A stretch of 64,000 nt of DNA from the NCBI GenBank assembly GCA_016784125.1, contig JADHVI010000001.1, forward strand, positions 78,417 to 142,416, given 5' to 3'. Both the position numbers and the translations under genes were made by a program. The DNA is from Candidatus Woesearchaeota archaeon (GTDB lineage: Archaea; Nanobdellota; Nanobdellia; Woesearchaeales; GCA-2686295). Shown here one piece after another: positions 26,607 to 34,107 of this stretch (its first letter is position 1; each line of letters starts with the position of its first letter). The notes beneath the pieces are model-generated. The model did no database searches. It had not been told where the DNA came from and worked only from the letters and a program-made list of their open reading frames with translations.

Positions 26607-26873
26607 ATGATTAAAATGAAAAAAATCACGGAAACTTTTGACATGAGAGTTTTCACTGATAGCGGAGATTACTTCGGTGATATTGAAGAGGCCATACTTA
26701 CCAGTAATAAGGTATTTGGTTGGAGAGTTAAAGCCACTAAAAATTCTTTCTTAAATAAGGTTCTCGGTGCTGCAAAAGGAGTTATTGTTCCACACCAACT
26801 CGTTAAGAGCATGGGTGACATAATGATTATCAGCAAATCGGCAGTTCCTTCTTATAATCCCGAGGAGGATTAG
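26607..26873 (+). CDS. PRC-barrel-like small protein
   Basis: AGGTGG Shine-Dalgarno precedes the ATG at 26607. VFTDSGDYFGDIEEAILTSNKVFGWRV...GVIVPHQLVKSMGDIMII resembles YlmC/YmxH-type PRC barrels. Confidence 0.5.
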   Translation: MIKMKKITETFDMRVFTDSGDYFGDIEEAILTSNKVFGWRVKATKNSFLNKVLGAAKGVIVPHQLVKSMGDIMIISKSAVPSYNPEED

Positions 26874-26916
26874 ACGATTAGAAACCTTTTAAAAGAATTT
26901 TTTATTATTTATATTT

Positions 26917-28389
26917 ATGAAGAGATCAGTCGCCGGAATTTTATTGTTAATAGTATTTCTAATAACTTTTCTATCTAGAGCTGGAATCTCTATGCAAACA
27001 GACATTTTTTCTTATGAGGCATATTTTGAACTAAGACAAATTGAGAACATTAATGAAAATGGTTCGCCTCTTTTTGAAGATCCACTAAGCTATGGTGGCA
27101 GAAGTCATCTTTTCCCCCCAATATTTTATTATTTGATTGCACTATTCGGATTTTTAGGTACTTCGCTCGCAGCCAAGTTGATTCCTAATCTCTTGTCATC
27201 ATTCATCATCGTAACGGTTTATCTGATGTCGTTTCATATAACTAAAAATAGACTCATATCTATTATTACTGCTTTCTTTTCAGGGTTCATACCTATTTTC
27301 TTTGTAACAGTGAATGACATATCTGTTTATTCACTTGTAATACTATTGATGGTTTCAATCACTTATTTCATGATGAAAATTAATAATCGTTTTCATCTTA
27401 ATATGGCAATATTGTTTATGATTGTGCTGATATTATCTCATTCATCGGCTTTCTTACTCATACTCGGACTTCTATTGTATCTCCTTTTGTTGAGAGTTGA
27501 ATCTTTGGAAGTAAATAAAAGAGAGCTCGAATTAATTCTCTTCGCGAGCTTTTTTGTTATATGGTTTAATTTTTTATTATATAAAAACGCGTTCCTTGTT
27601 CATGGTCCTTTGATTTTTTGGCAAAATATTCCTCTTCAAATATTAACTAATTTCTTTTTCGAATTAAACTTAATTCAAGTTATATACTATATAGGCATAA
27701 TACCTGTTGTTTTAGGTATATATGCTATCTACTATGTCTTGTTCAAGGAAAAGAAAAGAAGTGTTTTTCTTTTGGTGAGCATGGCTTTAATAGTTCTATT
27801 ATTGTTGTGGCTAAAAACCATCCCCTTTGAAGTCGGCCTCATCTTCTTAAGCATAGTTTTGACAGTATTGTCTGGCTATTCCATGAAATTAATATATTCA
27901 TATTTTAAGAAAACAAAATTTTCCAGGTCTGGCAAATGGGTTTTGCTTGGAATATTTATACTGTTTTGTTTATCATCAGTTATTCCTAGTGTCAATTTGG
28001 CTTTGAATTCTGTTGAAAGTGTACCTAGTGATTATGAACTTGAAGCTTTGGATTGGTTGCTTAACAACACAGACAATTCTTCAATCATCCTGGCTCGCGT
28101 TGAAGAAGGTTATATGATTAATCATTTTGCCAAAAGAAAAACAGTCATAGATGAAGATTTTCTGTTGATAACTGATGCTCAACAAAGATATGAAGATGTT
28201 CAATCTGTTTTTTCTTTGCATTTAAAAACCGAAGCGTTGAGACGATTAATGAAGTATGACGTTGATTATATCTATTTTTCCGGGAAGTTTGGTGATGAAG
28301 AAAAATTGCATTATGTTGATGAAGATTGTTTTGACATGGTTTTTAATAAATCCGTTAAGATATACAAAGTTGGGTGTACTATACAATGA
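26917..28389 (+). CDS. GT-C-like polytopic membrane protein (putative lipid-linked-sugar glycosyltransferase), paralog 1
   Basis: 490 aa with about 11-13 TM helices. The first loop has acidic residues (SYEAYFELRQIEN...FEDPLSYGG). The C-terminal soluble domain ends DYIYFSGKFGD...VKIYKV. Overall layout is ArnT/PMT-like, and there is no WWDYG motif. Confidence 0.45.
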   Translation: MKRSVAGILLLIVFLITFLSRAGISMQTDIFSYEAYFELRQIENINENGSPLFEDPLSYGGRSHLFPPIFYYLIALFGFLGTSLAAKLIPNLLSSFIIVTVYLMSFHITKNRLISIITAFFSGFIPIFFVTVNDISVYSLVILLMVSITYFMMKINNRFHLNMAILFMIVLILSHSSAFLLILGLLLYLLLLRVESLEVNKRELELILFASFFVIWFNFLLYKNAFLVHGPLIFWQNIPLQILTNFFFELNLIQVIYYIGIIPVVLGIYAIYYVLFKEKKRSVFLLVSMALIVLLLLWLKTIPFEVGLIFLSIVLTVLSGYSMKLIYSYFKKTKFSRSGKWVLLGIFILFCLSSVIPSVNLALNSVESVPSDYELEALDWLLNNTDNSSIILARVEEGYMINHFAKRKTVIDEDFLLITDAQQRYEDVQSVFSLHLKTEALRRLMKYDVDYIYFSGKFGDEEKLHYVDEDCFDMVFNKSVKIYKVGCTIQ

Positions 28390-29789
28390 AATTTGACAGA
28401 AGAAGTTTAACGATGTTGGTTTTGTTTTTGCTAGCTGCATTAATGTTATCATCCCCTTTCATTGTTCGTTCATTTAATGGGGATCCATTATTTTCATATT
28501 CGGGTTCTTATTATAATTTAAGAGCTTCAGAAGACATTTACACAGGGGTTTATTGGGATCCTCTGGAATCAAGAATTCACAAAGTATCTTTTGCTAATTA
28601 CTTCTTAGGATTTTTGATGTCAGTTACAAATATGCAAGGCATAATAATTATTTCTGTAATCATTGGATTACTTTCTTTGTATATCTTCTTTCTCATTACC
28701 AAACGTTTCTATCTTGAAAGAACCGCCACATATACAGCATTTCTATTTGCTCTCTCACCAATGTTTCTTTACTTATTCACCAGAATCAATGATTTGTCAT
28801 TGGCAACGTTCTTCTTACTGTTGTTTTTTCATTTTTATCTTAAAAAGAATTATTTTTCAATTCTCTTTATGGTGCTAATTGCAGTAACTAGCTTTCAATT
28901 TTTTGTTGCAGCAGTTATCATACTACTCTGTTATGAACTTTACTCGCGAAAACTATTATTCTTAATATCAAATTTAGTTCCAGGAATCATTGCTTTTTTC
29001 ATATTTGCTTTTTATCATAAAGGATTTCAAATATTTGCAAATGTTTTCGCTAATCCATCTTTGTCATTTTACTTCACATCGTTTGGTGCCAAAACAGGAA
29101 TACCTTTTTTCTACCTATTCTTAGGTTTTATAGGTTTATTTGCAACATGGAAACGTGGAAGAGAGTATTCTTTCTTTTTATTATCGCTGGTGATTGTTTT
29201 TGTTTTCTCTTTCTTCACAGTGGTTGGGAAAGTAGTGTTAAATTTCTACATTTGTTTTTTGGCAGCAGCAATAATAATAACTCTTTTACGAAGAAACTGG
29301 GCTGTTATTTTTATCAAGAGATTTAGTTTATTGCTAGTTCTTTGTAGTGTAATATTTTCAACTTCTCTCTACACAGATCAGATCATAAATGAGAATCCAA
29401 ATAGTGATTTAGTCAATGCACTCCGATTTTTAGAATCACAACCTGATGGAGTGGTTTTTTCCCATGAGAAATATGGAGGGTTCATACAATATTTTTCTGA
29501 AAAAAAGAGTTTTCTAGATGATAACTCTTTTGATTATGACAACTACTTCGCTTTGAAAGATACTGAGCAAAAAATATTTTATTCTCGGAACCTAGAACAA
29601 ACAGAGGAAATTTTAAAGGAAAGTCAAATAGATTATATTTTAATAACTCCTGAAATGAAAGAAGGCTTGGTTTGGAAGAAGTCTGATGAAGGACTATTGT
29701 TTTTGTTAGAAAACAGTGATCATTTTAGTAAACTATTTTCTTCTGGAGAAATTACTGTCTGGAAGCATATAGGAGGGTTTGTTTCCTAA
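28386..29789 (+). CDS. GT-C-like polytopic membrane protein, paralog 2
   Basis: ATGA overlap with paralog 1 (ATG at 28386). Same architecture, with a C-terminal IDYILITPEMKEG...EITVWK domain. Confidence 0.45.
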   Translation: MKFDRRSLTMLVLFLLAALMLSSPFIVRSFNGDPLFSYSGSYYNLRASEDIYTGVYWDPLESRIHKVSFANYFLGFLMSVTNMQGIIIISVIIGLLSLYIFFLITKRFYLERTATYTAFLFALSPMFLYLFTRINDLSLATFFLLLFFHFYLKKNYFSILFMVLIAVTSFQFFVAAVIILLCYELYSRKLLFLISNLVPGIIAFFIFAFYHKGFQIFANVFANPSLSFYFTSFGAKTGIPFFYLFLGFIGLFATWKRGREYSFFLLSLVIVFVFSFFTVVGKVVLNFYICFLAAAIIITLLRRNWAVIFIKRFSLLLVLCSVIFSTSLYTDQIINENPNSDLVNALRFLESQPDGVVFSHEKYGGFIQYFSEKKSFLDDNSFDYDNYFALKDTEQKIFYSRNLEQTEEILKESQIDYILITPEMKEGLVWKKSDEGLLFLLENSDHFSKLFSSGEITVWKHIGGFVS

Positions 29790-30475
29790 GAGTACCAAGA
29801 AGGATGTTGTTTTTTGTCTTCTGCTAACAGTCTTTCTAAATCCATGTATTCCATTAAAAAATCCTTTGATTGAAAACCATAAAAGACTTTTTCATCTATC
29901 ACAAGTGTTGGTAGTTTATGTTCTTGTATATCATATTTTTCTCTTAGAAAATTAAGTGCTGCATTATCCAATGCCACTTCAAATGAATATATGTAGAAGA
30001 AAGGATAGTTTCTGTGAACATTTGTTAGTACTAATCCTTGGTCTTCGCAATCCACACAGTTTTTGTTTGTATAAAAATACATAACTAATGGTTTCTCAAT
30101 TTTACAAACGTCTTTTGCCTCTGCGGCCAATAACCAATGTCTTATCAAAAGTAACGAATAATAGTTCTTTAAAGACCATACTTGTGGTGCATTATAACCA
30201 TATATGCCTTCCATGTATGTTAGCTTTGTTCCAATGGATGAAACTTCATCAGTATAGGATGTTAAATTTATGTTTTCACATAAATCTTCAGTCACTAATT
30301 CGAATAACATCTCATTTCCTAAAGATTCAATTCTCAAATCTTGCTCCAGTCCATACACCAGTTGTAGTTTTTGTTCACTGATATATTCTCCTATTATGAA
30401 TCCCACTAAGAAAATTATTATTGTTAGAAAGAAAGCTGCGAAATATCTTGATGATTTGATTTTTTTTCGATGCAT
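29786..30475 (-). CDS. Membrane-anchored extracytoplasmic thioredoxin-fold protein (CxxC = CVDC)
   Basis: Signal anchor YFAAFFLTIIIFLVGFIIG. YFYTNKNCVDCEDQG...LPTLVIDEKVFYG is a thioredoxin/glutaredoxin-like layout: a CxxC followed by a cis-Pro-like LPT. Confidence 0.55.
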   Translation of the reverse strand: MHRKKIKSSRYFAAFFLTIIIFLVGFIIGEYISEQKLQLVYGLEQDLRIESLGNEMLFELVTEDLCENINLTSYTDEVSSIGTKLTYMEGIYGYNAPQVWSLKNYYSLLLIRHWLLAAEAKDVCKIEKPLVMYFYTNKNCVDCEDQGLVLTNVHRNYPFFYIYSFEVALDNAALNFLREKYDIQEHKLPTLVIDEKVFYGFQSKDFLMEYMDLERLLAEDKKQHPSWYS

Positions 30476-30476
30476 T

Positions 30477-31748
30477 TTAACTGGAAAAATAATTTGGTCC
30501 CCATTTGACCTTTTTTTTCCGTATATAGTAATATAGTGCTAAGACCCAACAAAATGATCCTAACAACCAATATGTGAATGTAAAAGTGATAAAGGGTACT
30601 AAAATGTTTTGTTTTTCTCCAGATATGCGTTTAATATAGTATACAAACACCAAAGCAACTATGACTAGTATGACAGGTATAATAGTTGTATTGCTAACAC
30701 TAATAAAGAACAAATCAAAGCTATACTGAAAGTTTGGAAGCTGAAATCCTATTAAATACAATCCTCTTATCCAATGTGTGGCGTTGTAAACAAGCATGAT
30801 TATTGCATAAAAGAATAGCGCGATTGTTAGAAAAACAAACGTGACTGCAGTTGGTAATATGAACACTCCTAAGTTTCCATAGTCTTTACTAAATAGGTGT
30901 TTGTATCGTTTTATTTGGATAAGAAAGCCGTAGAACCATCTTAATCTTTGATTTACAAAGGCTTTTAATCCTACAACGCCGCTAGTGTATACGTTTGCAT
31001 CTATAACATTTTCAATGAGGTAGTTATGGCTCTGGATTCTGAGAGAGAGTTCTAAGTCTTCTACCATTGTTCGTGCATTTAGAAGTCCGTGTTCTTCAAC
31101 AAATTTCCTTCTTACAAGGGTAAAGGCTCCTGGTGCTAATGGGATTGCACCAAGCTCTGATTGTAAATGTCTAATAAAAACCGCACTTAGAAATTCGTGG
31201 AATTGAACTTTTTGAAGAAATGTTTTTGGCTTCCAAATTTTTATTGAAGGAATGGCACCCATTACTTGTGGATCTTTGAAGCACGGAACTAATTTATTTA
31301 ATACATCTGCTTCAATAAATGAATCTGCATCCAATCCGGCAACTAATTCTCCAGTTGCATGTTTTAAACCTTCATTTATAGCAATTGTCTTTCCTTGAGA
31401 AACTTTGTTAGATAATATTTTAACTCCAAATAGTTCATATTCTTTTGCTAGTTTCAAACTATCATCTGTGGAGCCATCATTAACAATTATGATTTCCAAT
31501 TTGTTTTTAGGATAATCACAGTTTAGGAGAGAATCAACTGTTTTTTTCAATCTGCCTCCTTGCGCAGACCCCTCATTCCATATTGGAATTATTATAGATA
31601 CTTTTGGTCTAAATTTATCATCCAAAACGTATTCTTTTTTATCCGGGGACTTTATTGTAAGAAAATATACTATTGATGTAAATAATCCGAAAAAAGAGAG
31701 AATATAGATAACTATGGCATGAAATGTAATATACATATGTTTATACAT
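30477..31748 (-). CDS. Processive family-2 glycosyltransferase (cellulose/chitin/PNAG-synthase-like, membrane-integrated)
   Basis: VSIIIPIWNE, IIIVNDGSTDDS, GLDADS (DxD), MVEDLELS (ED), VNQRLRWFYG (QxxRW), with flanking N- and C-terminal TM helices. Confidence 0.8.
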   Translation of the reverse strand: MYKHMYITFHAIVIYILSFFGLFTSIVYFLTIKSPDKKEYVLDDKFRPKVSIIIPIWNEGSAQGGRLKKTVDSLLNCDYPKNKLEIIIVNDGSTDDSLKLAKEYELFGVKILSNKVSQGKTIAINEGLKHATGELVAGLDADSFIEADVLNKLVPCFKDPQVMGAIPSIKIWKPKTFLQKVQFHEFLSAVFIRHLQSELGAIPLAPGAFTLVRRKFVEEHGLLNARTMVEDLELSLRIQSHNYLIENVIDANVYTSGVVGLKAFVNQRLRWFYGFLIQIKRYKHLFSKDYGNLGVFILPTAVTFVFLTIALFFYAIIMLVYNATHWIRGLYLIGFQLPNFQYSFDLFFISVSNTTIIPVILVIVALVFVYYIKRISGEKQNILVPFITFTFTYWLLGSFCWVLALYYYIRKKKVKWGPNYFSS

Positions 31749-31787
31749 GCAAGGATCATTTTAAATATTTCTGTTATATTATCTTTT

Positions 31788-32255
31788 TTAAAGTTGTCTT
31801 TTATTCTTTATTAAATCACCAATAGTTAATGTTTCACTGCTGGTTGTTTTGAAGCCACCTTTTTCTTTGTATTGGGTTATAAGGCTGATGTGCAGAAATT
31901 TTTCAAGTTTTTTAGCTAAATCCATGTTTGGTTCCATGTGTCCAGATTCTATGTTATGAATGACTGATTCTTTCTCAGCAATCTTCTTGGCTAATTCTTT
32001 TTGCTTTAGATTCATATGTTCTCGTTTGTTCTTTACAACTAAAGAATAATTTGGGATTATTACCACGAAAGTTTCTTGTTCTTCGATTTGTCGTGTTTTA
32101 GCTTTAATTACTGCTTTTGGCTCAGGTTCTTTCACTTTTAATATTACTTCACCATAATTAGCGCAGTTTTTACAAACGTTTAGAAATGAGACTTCAATCT
32201 TTGTTCTATAAAGCTGACCTTCAGCACCACACATGTCGCAGTACAATTTTTTCAC
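31788..32255 (-). CDS. mbf1: Multiprotein bridging factor 1 (zinc ribbon + HTH_3)
   Basis: Zinc ribbon: YCDMCGAEG...CKNCANYG. XRE HTH: MNLKQKELAKKIAEKESVIHNIESGHMEPNMDLAKKLEKFL. The track ORF extends to 32357 and would overlap the upstream gene by 74 nt. I prefer the GTG at 32255 (MKKLYCDMCG), but the start remains uncertain. Confidence 0.8.
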   Translation of the reverse strand: MKKLYCDMCGAEGQLYRTKIEVSFLNVCKNCANYGEVILKVKEPEPKAVIKAKTRQIEEQETFVVIIPNYSLVVKNKREHMNLKQKELAKKIAEKESVIHNIESGHMEPNMDLAKKLEKFLHISLITQYKEKGGFKTTSSETLTIGDLIKNKRQL

Positions 32256-32283
32256 CCCAGAACATTTTACTTTATTTTGACTT

Positions 32284-33411
32284 TTATTCTTTATAAACTT
32301 TTTTAAAAATTGTAACAGTATATTCTTGTTGACCTGAAAAAACCCTTTTCTCTTCAATAATTTGGAGGTTTTTTTTCTCGCTTTCTTTCTTTAATAAATC
32401 ATTTCTTAACGTACAAACAACCGCTAAACCTTTAGCTTTTAATACATATTCTACTTGGTAAAAGAATTCTTGATACATCTTTTCAACGAATTTCGAAGGC
32501 ATTTTCTTTGATTCAGATGGTAGCTTTGTTACTATCTTATCAACGGATCTTTCTTCAAATTTTGTATCTAACCATTCAATTTCTGTTTTAGAAAAATTAA
32601 TATTTTTTTCCACCCCTGCAATCTTGGCATTCTTTTTTGTGGAATCAATGTTTCTCAACATTTTATCATAAGCATATATTTTTACAATTTTTTTCTTTAT
32701 CTTTTTGTCTTCTTTGTCCAACAGTTTCTGCCAGTTCGGCATGATTTTTTGAAACTCAAATTCTTTCTTGTAGAAATGAACTGATTTTTGTATTGCCATC
32801 AAAGCCGCTTCTATTGGCACAACGCCTGATTCACATAAAGGATCTATGATTATTTCGCCTGGTTTATAATCAGCAAATCTAATCAATGCATAGGCGAGAG
32901 TGCCCTTTAGTGATCCTGCCTTAGTAAATATGCGATAGTTTCTTTTGCTTAGATCCCTTCCTGAGTAATCAATACACAAGTATCCTTTGTTCTTGTAGAT
33001 GTAAATGTATAGTGTGATATTTGATTCTTTTCTAGAGATTTTAAACTTTTTTTCCTCTAGTGCTTTGCTTGCTTCCTTTGCGAAGTCTACACTAGTAAAA
33101 TCATGTGTCCCAATTCTTTCACATTCAACTTGTATCTTATTCGAAGAATATTTTTTTAGTTTTGTTTCAATTCCTTTCTGGAATGCCTCAACACTTTTTC
33201 CAAGGTCAGAATGTATACTTATTTTATTTATCAAGATCAAAGCTCTTCTAATGGATTGGCAATTATACGCGATTTTGCAAATATCTTCTTCGTTTTTCAT
33301 AGAAAAAATTACAACTGTTTCTTCTTCTTTACTTGCGGATTTTATCTCTTCTTTAATTTCTCGACTTGCTACTTCTTCTAAACCTTTATCAACTATGACT
33401 ATTCCTTTCAT
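32284..33411 (-). CDS. THUMP-domain RNA methyltransferase (UPF0020/Trm14-like) with degenerate motif IV
   Basis: N-terminal THUMP-like region, then IIDPLCESGVVPIEAAL (motif I-like) and IYAYDK. The expected (D/N)PPY position reads VTKLPSES. Confidence 0.55.
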   Translation of the reverse strand: MKGIVIVDKGLEEVASREIKEEIKSASKEEETVVIFSMKNEEDICKIAYNCQSIRRALILINKISIHSDLGKSVEAFQKGIETKLKKYSSNKIQVECERIGTHDFTSVDFAKEASKALEEKKFKISRKESNITLYIYIYKNKGYLCIDYSGRDLSKRNYRIFTKAGSLKGTLAYALIRFADYKPGEIIIDPLCESGVVPIEAALMAIQKSVHFYKKEFEFQKIMPNWQKLLDKEDKKIKKKIVKIYAYDKMLRNIDSTKKNAKIAGVEKNINFSKTEIEWLDTKFEERSVDKIVTKLPSESKKMPSKFVEKMYQEFFYQVEYVLKAKGLAVVCTLRNDLLKKESEKKNLQIIEEKRVFSGQQEYTVTIFKKVYKE

Positions 33412-33546
33412 TTTTATGAGGGCTTTTTTTGCTTATATAAAGCTTTTCAAATAGTATTTTCTTTCATAATTTTCTGATAGGGTATATTCGTAAATATATT
33501 CTTGACAATAAAAAAACATATAAATAAAATTAGTACCACAAACCAC

Positions 33547-33556
33547 TATATATAAA
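33547..33556 (+). promoter_or_regulatory. Candidate TATA box (or half NrdR-box) upstream of nrdR
   Basis: TATATATAAA lies within CCACTATATATAAAGT, which matches 13 of 16 positions of the remembered bacterial NrdR-box consensus acaCwAnAtnTwGtgt. It also looks like an archaeal TATA box, so the assignment is ambiguous. Confidence 0.3.
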
Positions 33557-33570
33557 GTTTTTCCCAACAT

Positions 33571-33589
33571 CACACCCTATGGGTAGTGT
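33571..33589 (+). promoter_or_regulatory. Imperfect palindrome, candidate operator of the nrdR-nrdJ operon
   Basis: CACACCC-TAT-GGGTAGTGT has ACAC...GTGT ends and an ACCC/GGGT core. Its centre lies about 23 nt downstream of the TATA-like element, where an archaeal TSS would fall, and 60 nt before the nrdR ATG. Confidence 0.3.
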
Positions 33590-33649
33590 TTGACTCGTTT
33601 ATTTTTAGACGACAATTTTTTAATTTAAAAATTATTTTTAGGTGTAAAT

Positions 33650-34099
33650 ATGAAATGTCCTTTTTGTGAATTTGCGGATACTCGAGTTGTAGAAACTCGG
33701 GAAACAACTGAAGATGTAACTAGAAGAAGGCGCGAATGCATGAACTGCAAAAAAAGGTTTACAACCTATGAGCGTGTTGAATTACATCCTTTAATAATCA
33801 TAAAGAAAGCAGGTGTTCGAGAAGCTTTTGACAGACAAAAAGTCAAATCAGGAGTTTTAAGATCTTGTGAGAAAAGACCTGTTTCTATAGATGAAATTGA
33901 AAAGTTAATTGACAAGATTGAATCTGAATTAAGAAAAGCCGACAAAGCAGAAGTATCTAGCAAAGTTGTTGGTGATCTTGCCATGAGGTATCTCAAAAAA
34001 CTGGATAAGATTGCGTATATAAGGTTTGCAAGTGTTTATCTGGAATTCGAGGATGTCGAATTATTTCGAGAAGAAGCTAAAAAATTGATGAAGCAATGA
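33650..34099 (+). CDS. nrdR: Transcriptional repressor NrdR (zinc ribbon + ATP-cone)
   Basis: MKCPFCEFADTRVVETRE...RRRRECMNCKKRFTTYERVE, followed by an ATP-cone (IIKKAGVREAFDRQKV...). Confidence 0.92.
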   Translation: MKCPFCEFADTRVVETRETTEDVTRRRRECMNCKKRFTTYERVELHPLIIIKKAGVREAFDRQKVKSGVLRSCEKRPVSIDEIEKLIDKIESELRKADKAEVSSKVVGDLAMRYLKKLDKIAYIRFASVYLEFEDVELFREEAKKLMKQ

Positions 34100-34107
34100 G
34101 GTGTAAG

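Noticed and set aside
32256-32357. Long N-terminal extension of MBF1
   Set aside because: It would overlap the upstream THUMP gene by 74 nt and adds non-conserved basic sequence. A GTG at 32255 gives MKKLYCDMCG, the usual position of the MBF1 zinc ribbon. I cannot exclude the longer form.
33543-33558. Confident call of a canonical bacterial NrdR box
   Set aside because: Its internal dyad symmetry is weak (5 of 8 half-site positions). In an AT-rich archaeal intergenic region, the same bases are equally well explained as a TATA box. I report it only as a hypothesis.
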